DNA from: the human T2T-CHM13v2.0 reference genome, Homo sapiens
Reading direction: 5' to 3' (one strand)
Length of the DNA stretch: 64,000 nt
Assembly (NCBI RefSeq): GCF_009914755.1
Contig: NC_060947.1
Positions 46,749 to 60,777 of the stretch are shown one piece after another (position 1 is the first letter of the stretch; each line of letters begins with the position of its first letter). Both the position numbers and the translations under genes were made by a program. The notes below the pieces were generated by a model. The model had not been told where the DNA came from and ran no database searches. It saw nothing but the letters and a program-made list of their open reading frames with translations.

Positions 46749-47649
46749 TATTTCTTTATCCACTTATTAGTATAAATCTATGAGTTGTTTTTTTATGTAG
46801 TGAGTTGTAATATCATATTGTACTAGTTTTTTTGACTAATGATACAAATTTTTTTTTTCTGTGCTCATTGAAAATTTGGATATCTTCTTTTATGGAGTAC
46901 CTTTTCAATCTTGTGCCATTTTTGTATTTGTGGTTTGTCTTTTTACTTTTTACATGTAGAGGTTTTTTCAGTATATTTTGCATGTGATTCCTTTCATTCA
47001 TAGTATAAATGAGAAAGGAAAAATAGTGCTATGTTGATTCAGAAAAAGTAGATTTATTCTAGCTAGGAGAACATTTAGAAAACTAAATTCAAAATAAAAA
47101 AGCACCAATCAAGAGGATTATTTGGTGTCACTCTTTTTCCAGAAGGAAAAGTGGATTATTTAAGAACTTTCCATCTTGGATCTTTTCAACCTTCTCTTCC
47201 TAATATCAATCTCTTCATTCCTAGTGGCTAATCCTAGGTCTCATTATCTTTCCTCCCCCTAGTATTTCAAAAACTTGTAGTGAAAAGATTTCAGTTGCTT
47301 TTCAATTAGTAATCTAATTGAAGGCTAGGTATGATGAACCAGATTTATAAGTGACACTAAGAGTAGCTTTTCAAATCATATTATTAGATAAAAAAGCAAC
47401 TTGTAGAGTACTGCCTGCAATAAGATACCATTTATGTAAAGCAAACACATTTATATATTTTAAGTGTCTATGAAACACTCGTAATAATGACAGTGGCATC
47501 TTTTAGGAAAAGGCAGTATGCTGATGAAAGAGACCAAGGTTAGTGTTGTAGAACAAGGTATTTAAAATTGATTGTAGTATTTTACTATTTCATTAATTAT
47601 AATGGATTAAAATGCTTTTTATGTAACTAATAATGTATATGTAACGAGA

Positions 47650-48790
47650 GCTACAGAGAGGTGGCATCATCAACATGACAGAATAGGAAACATCAATAAA
47701 TGGCCACTCCACTGAAAAAAAACATTCAGCTGGCAACAACGGACAAAATAATCTTTTTTATAACTCTGGAATCTAAACAGATACAGCAAACAGGGGAGTG
47801 CTTAATGAAGAAAGAAGTAGCTAAATTTTGGTAAGAAAGTGTGGTAATTTTGTTTATTTACCTACCTACCACTCTCTATGCCCTAGCTCAGCAAGCTGCA
47901 GTTCTTGTGTGGCTTCCTGGTGCCACGGGATAATATGGATCTTTTTCTTAAAATACTGTGGATGTGCATTTTGACTTTTCTGGAGATTCCTTGAATCTGA
48001 TCTTAGTTTCACACACCACCTCAGGCTAGAGTGCTCGCTGGTAAATGTCTGATGAAAGCATTTAAAGACATATGCTACTTATAGATGACTTGGACAGTTG
48101 ATGCAAGAAAAAGCAAGCATTAGACAGACTGAAAACTGTGAAGAAAAAGGCTAAGAAGAAAGATTCTTGGGGAAATGAGGTTTAGAAAGGCTACCATATA
48201 TACTAGGGAATGTGGAGTGCAATTCATATACCTAGGGACAGATATATGCTCAGAAAAGACATGAGAGGAATCTAAACTCAGATTTTTGGTTGATCTTTAA
48301 GGTCTGAACTAACAGGAGGTGGAGATTAACGCAGGGTTGCATGTTGACTGGCTTAGCATTGATGGTGTACCCAGATAAAAGTCAATTTGAAAAGACTGAG
48401 AGAGCTTTTTCTCTCTGTTAGCCCCAGGCTCTCACACGTATCTCTGACAGATCACTGGCTGACCAGTGAGATATATAAAAAGAGACTTCAGTGACCACAC
48501 CTAAAAAATAATATAAATTTTGCAAACCTACTTAGTAAAAGCTACTAAACAACTGGATGGTCACAGCCGTCAACAATCAATGGCAATAAACCCTGGGGAG
48601 GGGGCATAATCTGATTTCTAGAGGTACTACATTCTAATATTTAATATATGCAGCTTATAAACAAAAATAAAAGGCATACAAGTATGGTATGTAAAGTATA
48701 GAAAGTATGATTAATTCACCGGGGAAGAAACCCAAACCTGACAGAAATAATCCATGAAGAAGACTATAAATTAAATATACTAAACTAACT
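47650..48790 (+). mobile_element. Old L1M4/L1MB-type 5'UTR and ORF1 start
   Basis: Similar to 17400-18150 (ttaaaatactgtg..tgtg..ttttgac; caacaatcaa..gcaa..aaccctg.gga). Confidence 0.7.
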
Positions 48791-51700
48791 TTTTTTTATT
48801 ATTACACTTTAAGTTCTGGGATACATGTGCAGAATGTGCTGGTTTGTTACATAGGTATACATGTGCAATGGTGGTTTGCGGCACCCATCAACCCGTAATC
48901 TACATTAGGTATTTCTCCTAATGCTATCTTTCCTCTAGCCTCCCACTCCCTGAGAGGCCCTGGTGTGTAATGTTCCCCTCCCTGTGTCCATGTGTTCTCA
49001 TTGTTCAACTCCCACTTATGAGTGAGAACATGCAGTATTTGGTTTTCTGTTCGTGTGTTAGTTTGCTGAGAATGATGGTTTCTAGTGTCATCCATCTCCC
49101 TGCAAAGGACATGAACTCATCCTTTTTTATGGCTACATAGTATTCCATGGTGTATATGTGCCACATTTTCTTTATCCAGTCTATCATTGATGAGCATTTG
49201 GGTTGGTCCAAGTCTTTGCTATGGTGAACAGTGCTGCAATAACCATACGTGTGCATGTGTCTTTATAGTAGAGTGATTCATAATCCTTCTGGTATATACC
49301 CAGTAATGGGATTGCTGGGTCAAATGGTATTTCTGGTTCTAGATCCTTGAGGAATCGCCACACTGTCTTCCACAATGGTTGAACTAATTTATGCTTCTAC
49401 CAACAGTTTAGTAGCATTCCTATTACTCCACATCCTCGCCAGCATCTGTTGTCTCCTGACTTTTTAATGATCGCCATTCTAACTGGCATGAGATGGTATC
49501 TCATTGTGGTTTTGATTTGCATTTGTCTAGTGACCAGTGATGATGAGCTTTTTTTCATATGTTTGTTGGCTACATAAATGTCTTCTTTTGAGAAGTGTCT
49601 GTTCATATCCTTCACCCAATTTTTGATGGGGTTGTTTATTTCTTGTAAATTTGTTTACATTCTGTGTAGATTCTGGATATTAGCCCTTAGTCAGATGGAT
49701 AAATTGCAAAAATTTTCTCCCATTTTGTAGGTTGCCTGTTCACTCTGATAATAGTTTCTTTTGCTGTGCAGAAGCTCTTTAGTTTAGTTAGATCTCATTT
49801 GTCAATTTTGGCTTTTATTGCCATTGCATTTCGTGTTTAAGTTATGAAGCCTTTGCTCATGACTATCTCCTGAATGGTATTGCCTAGGTTTTCTTCTAGG
49901 GTTTTTATGGTTTTGGGTCTTACGTTTAAGTCTTTAACCCATCTTGAGTTAATTTTTGTATATGGTGTAAGGAAGGGATCCAGTTTTAGTTTTCTGCATA
50001 TGGCTAGCCAGCTTTCCCAACACCATTTATTAAGTAGGGAATCCTTTCCCCATTGCTTGTTTTTGTCAGGTTTTTCAAAAATCAGATTGTTGTAGATGTG
50101 TGGTGTTATTTCAGAGGCCTTTGTTCTGTTCCATTGGTTTATATATCTGTTTTGGAACCAGTACCATGCTGTTTTGGTTACTGTAGCCTTGTAGTATAGT
50201 TTGAAGACAGGTAGTGTGATGCCTCCAGCTTTGTTCTTTTTGCTTTGGATTGTCTTGGCTATATGGATTCTTTTTTGTTTCCATATGAAATTTAAAGTAG
50301 TTTTTTCTAGTTCTGTGAAGAAAGTCAATGGTAGCTTGATGGGAATAGCATTGAATCTATAAATTACTTTGGGCAGTATGGCCATTTTCACAATATTGAT
50401 TCTTCCTATCCATGAGCATATAATATTTTTCCATTTGTTTGTGTCTTCTCCTATTTCCTTGAGCAGTGGTTTGTAGTTCTCCTTGAAGAGGTCATTCACG
50501 TCCCTTGTAAGTTGTATTCCTAGGTATTTTATTCTCTTGGTAGCATTTGTGAATATGAGTTCACTCGTCATTTGGCTCTCTGTTTGTCTACTATTGGTTT
50601 AAAGAAATGCTTGTAATTTTTGCACATTAATTTTGTATCCTGAGACTTTGCTGAAGTTGCTTATCAGCTTAAAGAGTTTTGGGGCTGAGATGATGAGGTT
50701 CTCTAAATAAACCATCATGTCATCTGCAAAGAGAGACAATTTGGCTTTCTCTCTTCTTATTTGAATACTCTTCATTTCTTTCTCTTGCCTGATTGCCCGG
50801 GCCAGAATTTCCAATACTATGTTGAATAGAAGTGGTGAGAGAGGATATCCTTTTCTTGTGCTGGTTTTCAAAGGGAATGCTTCCAGCTTTTGCCCATTCA
50901 GTATGATACTGGCTATAGGTTTGTCATAAATAGCTCTTATTTTTTTGAGATACGTTCCACCAATACCTAGTGTATTGAGAGTTTTTCACATGAAGGGGTG
51001 TTGAATTTTATTGAAGGCCTTTTCTGCATCTGTTGAGATGATTATGTGGTTTTTGTCATTGTTTCTGTTTATGTGATGCATTAAATTTATTAATTTGTGT
51101 ATGTTGAAGTAGCCTTGCATCCCAGGTATAAAGTCGACCTGATTGTCATGGATAAGCTTTGTGATGTGCTGCTAGATTCAGTTTGCCAGTGTTTAATTAA
51201 GGTTTTTTGGCATTGATGTTCATCAGGGATATTGGCCTGAAATTTTGTTTTTTTTGTTGTGCCCCTGCCAGGATTTGATATAAGAATGAAGCTGGGCTCA
51301 TAAAATGAGTTAGGGAGGAGTACCTCTTTTTATATTGTTTGGAATAGTTTCAGAAGCAATGGTACCGGCTCCTCTTTGTACCTCTGGTGGAATTCAGCTG
51401 TGAATCCATCTGGTCCTGGGCTTTATTTGTTTGGTAGGCTACTACGTACTGCATCAATTTCAGAACTTTTTATTAGTCTATTCAGGGATTCGACTTCTTC
51501 CTGGTTTGGATTTGGGAGGGTTTATGTGTCCAGGAAGTTATCCATTTCTTCTAGATTTTATAGTTTATTTGCGTAGAGGTGTTTATAGTATTCTCTGATG
51601 ATAGTTTGTATTTCTGTGAGATCAGTGGTGATATCCCCTTCATCATTTTCTGTTGTGTCTATTTGATTCTTGTCTCTTTTCTTCTTTATTAGTCTGGCTA

Positions 51701-52851
51701 GTGGTCTATTTTACTAATCTTTTAAAAAAAAAAACATCTCCTGGATTTGTTAATTTTTGAAGGGTTTTTCGTGTCTCTCTCTCCTTCAGTTCTGCTTTTA
51801 TCTTCATCATTTCTTGTCTTCTGCTAGCTTTTGAATTTGTTTGCTCTTGCTTCTCTAGTTCTTTTAATTGTCATGTTAGAGTGTTGATTTTAGATCATTT
51901 CCCCTTTCTCCTGTGGGCATTTAATGCTGTAAATTTCCCTCTACACACTGCTTTAGCTGTGTCCCAGAGATTCTGGTACATTGTGTCTTTGTTCTCATTG
52001 GTTTCAAAGAGCTTATTTATTTCTGCCTTAATTTCGTTATTTACCCAGTAGTCATTCAGGAGCAGGTTGTTCATTTTCCATGTAGTTTTGCGGTTTTGAG
52101 TGAGTTTCTTAATCCTGAGTTCTAGTTTGATTGCACTGTGGTCTGAGAGACAGTTTGTTATTTTTTTCAAAAATCCAGCTGGATTCATTCATTTTTGGAA
52201 GGGTTTTTTGTGCCTCTATATTCTTTAGTTCTGCTCTGATCTTAGTTATTTCTTGTCTTCTGCTAGCTTTTTAATTTGTTTGCTCTTGCTTCTCTAGTTC
52301 TTTTAATTGGGACGTTAAGGTGTGAATTTGAGATAGTTCCCACTTTCTGATGTGAGCATTTAGTGCTATGAATTTTCCTCTTAACACTGCTTTAGCTGTT
52401 TCCCAGAGATTCTGGAATGTTGTGTCTTTGTTCTCATTGATTTCAAATAACTTATTTATTTCTGCCTTAATTTTGTTATTTACCCAGTAGTCATTCAGGA
52501 GCAGGTTGTTCGGTTTCCATGTAATTGTGTGGTTTTGAGTGAGTTTTTTAATCCTGAGTTCTAATTTGATCGCACTGTGGTCTGAGAGACTGCTTGTTTT
52601 GATTTCTATTCTTTTGCATTTGCTGAGGAGTGTTTTACTCACAATTATGTGGTAGATTTTAGAATAAGTGCTATGTGGCACTAAGAGTGTATATTCTGTT
52701 GATTTGGGGTGGAGAGTTCTGTAGAAGTCTATTAGTTCCACTTGTTCCAGAGCTGAGTTCAAGTCCTAAATATCCTTGTTAATTTTCTGTCTCATTGATC
52801 TGTCTAATATTGACAGATGGGTGTTAAAGTCTCCCAGTATTATTGTGTGAG
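48790..52851 (-). mobile_element. L1PA7/8-like, ~4 kb, 5'-truncated, with ~445 bp of ORF2 present twice
   Basis: 3'UTR ttaagttctgggatacatgtgcagaa; several ORF2 open frames on the minus strand. Confidence 0.95.
49837..50571 (-). pseudogene. L1 ORF2p remnant (244 aa, post-RT region), the longest ORF in the window
   Basis: [59 protein letters not shown]; flanking frames are disrupted. Confidence 0.95.
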
Positions 52852-55800
52852 AGGCTGTCTCTTTAAATTCACCTCCCCTTGAGGTCCCAAGATAACTTGG
52901 GGATCCTGGACCTGTCAGAAAGTGAAACTCTTTACTCACAATAGGTCAGGAATCCTGTATGGAAACTCTGTAGACAAGGTATGAGGGCAGTTTTCCCAAG
53001 GGGCTTTTATTGGCTCTTTAAGTCAAGTGTGTTTCCTTAAAGAAAAGCACACCATTACAGTCAAAGAGTTGGTAAAAATAACCAGTTCCTCCAATGGCTT
53101 CCTGTTGCAAATGCAAACATTCTTACTGCTCTTTTGCAAATAACTATATTGCCATAAGTTAAGAATACTCACAAATAGTTTGCAAATTCTGGATAAGTCA
53201 GGTAGAGAGAAACAAATATGCTCCAAATCTCGTGCACAGGAGTATAATTTACTCAATTGCCACAAGCTGTAAATAGCTCAATGGAAAAGTTGTTTTGACT
53301 CTGAAAAACAAAACAAAGGATCAGCAAAAAAGTCAAAAAGGGTTACTTCAGTCTTCTGTTAGTCCAGATCATGTAGGTAACTTCTGTTCTGCTTGATATT
53401 CATGAACATTACAGCTTGCTATGCGAGTCCTGATAGTTTTTTCCTCTATTTTAGTGTTACAATCTTCAAAATTATCAGAGCCCTGCATTCAAGAACACCT
53501 GCTAGATTTTTCTAGCTTATTATAAAACCACTTTCTAAAGAGGACCAAAACAAGACAGCAATTGTATGTGGTTGACAAAATGTTTTAAGGCAGTCACAGT
53601 CAAAGTCACAATTGACAAGGAAATTTGTTATCTCTTTGGCACATAGTAATTTAATATAACAATTATAAGTATTACTTATAACCTACACTAAGTCATATCA
53701 GGAATTTTCCATAATTTTGAAACATATACCAATAACATATTTATACAGATACAGCCCAAAGAAAGCCAAATACAATTTCATGTTTGACAATGCTTCCTGT
53801 ATGATTTTTGTACCAAATACACCAAATTTGTCATTTTTGGACTTTAGGGAACTTAATATTTAAAAGATTAATTAGGTCAGAAAAGGACATAACTGATAAT
53901 TTGATTTTGGAAAATTTGTCAAATATCAAAGTTTTAAAATGCTTGATATCACAAAATAGAATCACAGGTGATTGTAAAATAAGTCATTTATTTAACCAAA
54001 GTAATAACTCAGAAATTTCAAAACAAAAGTTGAAAACCTTTATTCTTTGAGAAAGGAGACTTAATTTTTCAAACAGCAATTCCTAATACAAACAGCATGT
54101 GTTCAACTAAATTTGCTTTTCACAATTTTATAAACAATCTATAAATTTTTAATCATCTTGACCATAAGATATTACATCTTATAATATAAGCCTTTTATAA
54201 GCCTTTCCATAAGTCTTTTATAACCTTTAAAACCTCTATTAAAGAGTGGTTTAATGCCTCAAGAAAACCTTGTTAGTGTGACACAGGCGCCCATATGCTG
54301 GTCTTGCATCAGTGTGTCTTTGACATTAATGATTAATTTATAGAGAAATCAAACTTATTTTGTCTCTTGAAATCCACCCTTAAAATCTCATGCACCTACT
54401 TCTTCTGCAATAGTCCCTGAGCCTTGAGGAGTTGAATACCTTTAATTTTTGGCCCCTTGTCTCACAAATGTAATTTCTTTTGATTGGCATCTTCTACTGG
54501 GTCTGAAGATGAGGCTTTAACTACTATCAGTGTCAAGATTTATCAGGAGTTTGTGTCCTTTTTTAATTGTACAACGACTTTAAAAGCACACACAGAAAGT
54601 TAAACAGTTAACTCAAAAAAGAAGTTTTAATCTCAGTTTTTTCTAAGGAAACTAAAGTTAGTAATGATGGTATAGGAATTATTTCGATAAAGCATAATAT
54701 CTGTTTATTAGGCCAGTTACACAAAGGCAAAAGAAAGGGCCTTCTGCCATATGACTGCTGTTCCTTATGGGGGATATTATGTTGGGAGGGTACATAAGAT
54801 ACATTTGCTTCAGACCTCTAAGAGAAAACTTTTTTTTTTTAAGTGTGAGGCCACAACAGTTAAAACCCAGAGGAAAAAAAAAACTTGTAGTATCTGAAAA
54901 TGAGTTGAATAATAAAGTTATTATTTCAGGCCTTTCAAGGGGGAGAGAAAGCTGAAAACAGCAAGATGTAATAAAAGTTAAACTTTGTGTAAAAAATTAT
55001 AATGTCTTGTAATTTATTAAGAATCAAGCAATACCTTAAGAAAATTTTATAGTTTGAACCAATTGTTTAAAGTGTTTTTTTAAATAAAAACCCAATCTCT
55101 AGAAAGACCATGATAATTTTCTTTAATTATAGACAACTTAGTCCTATTAAAGTTGTTTCCATAAATCCTCTCATTATGACTTACACAGACCATTTAGAGC
55201 ATGCTTAGACTTTCTGGTTTCTCCTGAACATACCTTTTTTTCTTTAAACTTTCCTACTAAAAATACCTCTTTATTTCTACAACTTTCTTTACATTTCTTT
55301 TATTTCCTGGTTCCTTTTACCTTGTTTTATACATAACCTTTACCTAAGCTTAGAATTAGACAAATATTATTCACCTTTTGAAAAGGACACATATTTTTTA
55401 GAATGTTTTTCTACAGTATTTTTATTGGAAAATACTAAATTAATGAAATGTTCATTATTTGATTTAATGTAACTTTAGATTCTAAATTATGACTTGTTTG
55501 TCTACAAGTACTTATCCCATTACATTTACCTAATTATTTTATTTTAGTGGTTTATCAAGATTATTTATGAAAACTGAGACAGTCATCATTTAAAGTTATA
55601 AAACTGCCGTTGAAAAATTATAATTGAGACAGTGAAAAAGATCTCACCTAACCCACTCCATCTTGCTTCTAACCTCCAAGGTGTTTTTGTTCATTCCTGG
55701 GTGTAGGTCTAACTAACTTTAGAAGGAAGTTAGTTTATAGTTTAGCTTTGAAACAAAGATAATAACAGTCATTTGCCAAAACAAACCCCCTTCCTGCCTG

Positions 55801-56493
55801 GGGACTAGACTTCCTAAAGTCACATGATTACAAGTAACAGTTATTTTACAACATAATGCAAGATTCTGACACCTTATAGTACTTGGTAGGGATAACTATG
55901 AAGCTGCTTGATCAGTAACTGCAAAGAAAAATGTTTGCTGGAAATTCTTAAGACACTTCTAATATTTTATCAATAATTTTAAAGCTAGCTTAATAAAAAA
56001 TTTACTTAAGTCATGTGCACTTAAAAAGCATTTGGGTTTATTAATTTATGAGTACTCCTTAAGACATCTTGTGGCCAAAATGCAACAAAATACATATACA
56101 TACACACAAACACACATATACACACTCATACAACCAAAGATCCTATAGCTTATAGCTTTTACTTCAGAACTCTAGCCATGAGATACTAATACGAACTCAT
56201 TGGTTTGCAAAAACAATAACAAAAAGAAATGGTTGGATGCAAACAGTGGATTTTATCTTAGTAGAAAAGTAACATCAGCTTTAAAGCATGGAGAAAAGAA
56301 AATAGAAAAAAAAAGAGGACTTAGGAACTTTATAGTTTGTTGTTCGACCTTAGGATTTTTGTTTAACACAAACTCTAACAAGTTGCACTGCCAGAAAACC
56401 AACAGAGTGCCAGAAAGGGGGTCATTATCCTTGTTTTCTTCTCATTCTTAGATTATTTCCCACTTTTTCTGTTTTTTGTTTGTTTGTTTGTTT

Positions 56494-56640
56494 TTATTAT
56501 TATTATTATACTTTAAGTTTTAGGGTACATGTGCACAATGTGCAGGTTAGTTACATATGTATACATGTGCCATGCTGGTGTGCTGCACCCGTTAACTCAT
56601 CATTTAGCATTAGGTATATCTCCTAATGCTATCCCTCCCT
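56494..56640 (-). mobile_element. Very short young L1PA2-4-like 3' end
   Basis: ctttaagttttagggtacatgtgcacaatgtgcaggttagttacatatgt...catttagcattaggtatatctcctaatgctatccctcc. Confidence 0.92.
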
Positions 56641-57532
56641 GTTTTTGTTTTTTCTTAAAAGGAGAAACTGACCTGTGGCTTAAGGTTTTTGTGGAGTGGG
56701 TCAAAGTGTGTGCTGGTTGTGACCAGGACTCCACAGTGTGTTACCAATGAGTCATTGCTGCCCTCTTATGTGTCTCAGTTTCTCTCTCTGGAGGTCTAGC
56801 ACCTCCAGTAGGGCACAGATTGTAGATTGACGAGCTCCCATATGTGCTTCCTGGATGAGCCTTTTTAAAACTAATTTTCCTGGGGGTTCCCTGTAGGACG
56901 ACTGCATGTCATTGGGGGTCAACCCACTAGACACTCCCATGAGGCCCCTGGTCACCCATGGGTGCCTTTTAGCTGGGAAGAGCAAAATGCTTTTTCTTTT
57001 TGGAGCTGTGGAAACTCGGTCTCTCATTTACCTATTAAAACAACAGTACAGTTCCTCACACAAATGTGCACAGGCAAACGAAATTGAGACTCTTTGGGGA
57101 GAAAAATCAGTGGGGGAAACCCTTGAGAATGCATCCTTGAACTAGAAGTAAGATTCTTAAACAACTTCCTAGGAGAGAGAGAGAGGAAAAAAAAAAGCAA
57201 CAACCAAGACTACTTCCTGTAAACTGTCCTCAGCCACTGCTAACTTTGTAGCTCTCATCCTCCATTACACACACCAAAGTCAAGTCCTCTCACAGTACAA
57301 GGTAATTTCTGGTACTCCCAAAGACAAAGAGGTCAGGTAATGCCATACAGGAAAGCAGAGCTTTAGACCTAAAGAGAATCTGCCCATGATACTTGAAAAT
57401 CCACAAAGAAAACAGAACACCGGAACGGGGTGAGTGGTGCCTTTGTTCTGAGTTATTTAAGGGGTTTGAGTTATTAGAAGACTTATCTCTAGATTTTTCT
57501 TGGTACTGAAGATGGCAAAGGGGGAAGGAGGT

Positions 57533-59786
57533 TGATATGGTTTGTCTATGTCCTTACCCAAATCTCATCTTGAATTGTAGTTTCCACAATCCCCATGTGT
57601 TGTGAGAGGGACCTTGTGGGAGAAAACCTCTTGGTGTTCCCCATGCTGTTCTCATGAAAATGAGTGATTTTTCATGAGATCTGATGGTTTTATAAGTGTC
57701 TGGCATTTCCCCTGCTGGCACACATTTTCTCTCCTGCCACCCTGTGAAGAGGTGCCTTCTGCCATGATTATAAGTTTACTGAGGCCTCCCCAGCCATGCG
57801 GAACCATGAGTCAATTAAACCTCTTTCCTTTATACATTACCCAGTCCAGGGTATTTCTTCATAGCAGTGTGAGAATAGACTAATGCAGTAAATTGGTATT
57901 GAGGTTGTGGGGTGCTGCTGTGGAGATAACAAAAAATGTGAAAACAACTTTGGAACTGGGTAACAGACATAGGTTGGAACAGTTTGGAGGGCTCAGAAGA
58001 AGATAGAAAGATGTGGGAAAGTTTGTAACTTCTTACAGACTTGTTGAACGGTTTTGACCAAAATGCTGATAGTGATATTAACAATAAATTCCAGGCTGAG
58101 GTGGTCTCCAAAAGAGATAAGGAACTTCTTGGGAACTGGAGCAAAAGTGACTTACTATGATTTAACCAAAAGACTTCTGGCATTTTGCCACTGCTTTAGA
58201 GATCTGTGGACCTTAGAACTTGGGAGAGATGATTTAGGGTATGTGGTGGAAGAAATTTCTAAAGGGCAAAGCATTCAGAGGAAGCAGAGCATAAAAGTTT
58301 TGAAAATTTGAAGCCTGACAATGCAATAGAAAAGAAAAGCCCATTTTCAGGTGAGGAGTTCAAGCCTGCTGCAGAAATTTTCATAAGTAACAAGAAGCCA
58401 AATGTTAATCACCAAGACAATGGGAAAAATATCTCCAGGGCATGTCAGAGACCTTCACAGCTTCTCCCATCACAGGCCCAGAGACCTAGGAGGGAAAAAT
58501 TGTTTCCTGGGCTGTGTCCAGGGCCCTCCTGCTCTGTGCAGCCTTGGGAGATGGTGGCCAGCTGCTTCAGCTCCAGCAGTGGCTAAAAAAGGCTAAGATA
58601 CAGCTTGGGACATTGCTTCAGAGGATGCAAGTCCCAGGCCTTCGTGTTTTCCATGTGGTGTTGAGCATGTGGGTACACACAGGTCAGGAATTGAGGTTTG
58701 AGAACCTCTGCCTACATTTCAGAGGATGTATGAAAATGCCTGGATGTCCAGGAAGAAGGTTGGTGCAGGGATGGAGCCCGTATGGAGAACCTCTGCTAGG
58801 GCAGTGTAAAAGGGAAATTTGGGGTTGGAGCCCCCACACGGAGTCCCCACTGAGGCACTCCCTAGTGGAGCTGTGAAAAGAGGGCCACTGTCTTCCAGAC
58901 TCCAGAAAGGTAGATCAACCCACAGATTGCACCAAGTGCCTGGAAAACCACAGACACTTAATGCCAGCCTGTGAAAGCAGCCAGGAAGGGGGCTTTACCC
59001 TGAAAAGCCACAGGGGTAGAGCTGCTCAAGGCCATGGGAGCCCACCTCTTGCATCAGCGTGACCTGGATGTGAGACATGGAGTCAAAGGAGATCATTTTG
59101 GAACTTTAAGGTTTAGTGACTACCTATTGGATTTCATACTTGCATGGGGCCTATAGCCCCTTTGTTTTGGTCAGTTTCTCCCATTTGAAATGAGTATATT
59201 TACCCAATACCTGTAACCCCATTGTATGTAGGAAGTAACTAACTTGCTTTTGATTTTATAGGCTCATAGGTAAAAGGGACTTGCCTTGTCTCAGATGAGA
59301 CTTTGGACTTGGATTTTTGTGTTAATGTTGGAATAAGTTAAAACTTTGAGGGACTGTTAGTAAGGCATGATTCTGCTTTGAAATGTAAAGACATGAGATT
59401 TGAGCGGGGCCAGGGATGGAATGATATGGTCTGGCTGTGTCCCCACCCAGATCTCATTTTGAATTGTAGTTCCCATAATTTCCATGTGTCATGGGAGGGA
59501 CTCAGTGGGAGGTAATTGAATCATGGGGGCAGTTTCCTTCATGTTGTTCTCATAATAGTGACTGAGTTCTCACAAGATCTGAGGGTTTTATAAGCATCTG
59601 GCATTTCTTATGCTGGCACTCATTCTCTCTCCTGCCACCTTTGTGAAGAGGTGCCTTCTGCCATGACTATAAGTTTTCTGAGGCCTCCCCAGCCATGTGG
59701 AACTGTGAGTCAATAAAAACTCTTTTCTTTATAAATTACCCAGTTTCAGGTATTTCTTCACAGCAGTGTGAGAACAGACTAATACA
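57533..59786 (+). mobile_element. Complete THE1D-like MaLR provirus: 5' LTR 57533-57887, internal, 3' LTR 59422-59786
   Basis: tgatatgg...aataca LTRs; perfect 5-bp TSD gaggt at 57528-57532 and 59787-59791. Confidence 0.93.
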
Positions 59787-59868
59787 GAGGTATAGGGTGG
59801 AAGAAAAATTAACCAAAGAACATATTTTTTAAGATGGGAAGGAAACACAGAAACCAAGCACATGCTTT

Positions 59869-59902
59869 TTGTTGTTGTTGTTGTTGTTGTTGTTGTTTGT
59901 TG
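59869..59902. repeat. (GTT)n microsatellite
   Basis: Read directly from the sequence. Confidence 0.93.
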
Positions 59903-59961
59903 CTGTAGTTTTTCCCACTTTTGCAGCTGCAAGGAATTTTAGCCAATTCAGAGAGGCCTTG

Positions 59962-60202
59962 TTCAAGTTGTCCTGCCTTTCTGGACAAAATCAATTTACA
60001 TCTTAGGTATATCGATTGATGTCTCATGTCTCACAACTTGGTTGGGACCGAGCTGTGTCCTGACCCCCTTGCGCACATGTCATCAGGACCTCCTGAGGCT
60101 GTGTCATGGGTGAATATCCTTAACTTTGGCAAGGTAAACTTCCTAAATTGACTGAGACCAGTCTCAGATATTTGTGGTTCACTTTTGGTAACCATGGAGG
60201 GA
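59962..60202 (+). mobile_element. Inverted partial MER4A LTR (3' half) plus PBS
   Basis: Reverse-complement homolog of 60759-61000. Confidence 0.9.
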
Positions 60203-60757
60203 ATAATTTGAAATTCTCATTCTGATTTGACCAAGTCATTCAGATTTGGTCAAATCTGACAGAGAAAGACTGGAACAAACAACAACAGACCCAAAAATAT
60301 GATTACTGGGCACTCTAATGGTAAGGAGAAATTAAGACCAAATGATTGTTAATCATAGCTTTAGCCAAGACGAAACCTTATTGTAGCTACTTATGTGGGG
60401 ATGGGTCTCAGGCTGAAGAGTGTTCTCTACCATTCTAGAAGCAGGAAAAAACTCAAATTCACCTTCTCTGTTGGAAGCAAGTTCAAATTCCAGGAAGGAG
60501 TTCCCTGCCTTCTATTGTCATGGAAGCAGAAAAACTTGCTTTTCTTACTGGAAGCAGGTAAAACTCCAAAAAAAAGGAGTTATACAGCAAAATAAACTTT
60601 AGATCTTTGCCAAATTTGGGGAGATCAGGTATTCTCTGGAGGGGGTGTGTCCAGGCCTCAGCATATTGTCCTATTGGTTGGATCCATAAAGATAGCTCAA
60701 GCTGGTATCAAGCACTGATAGGATATTAGCCAAAGTTCAGGGGCACCTCCACTCAGA

Positions 60758-60775
60758 ATCCCTCCATGGTTACCA
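60758..60775 (-). promoter_or_regulatory. Retroviral primer-binding site, tRNA-Arg-like
   Basis: Minus strand TGGTAACCATGGAGGGAT lies 2 nt after the LTR end and resembles the Arg PBS TGGCGACCACGAAGGGAC. Confidence 0.7.
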
Positions 60776-60777
60776 AA

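Larger units (their letters stand above)
52852..60777 (-). mobile_element. MER4-group ERV1 internal region (non-coding, 3' end and 3' LTR missing)
   Basis: AT-rich MER4-int-like sequence contiguous with the PBS and LTR; THE1D, L1PA and an inverted LTR piece are nested inside. Confidence 0.8.

Noticed and set aside
49837-52762. Long minus-strand ORFs (244, 163, 97, 90 aa) as a functional gene
   Set aside because: All are fragments of a frameshifted, truncated L1 ORF2; there is no intact retrotransposon.
54176-54240. Repeated ataagcctttt-like units
   Set aside because: Probably intrinsic low-complexity sequence of MER4-int.
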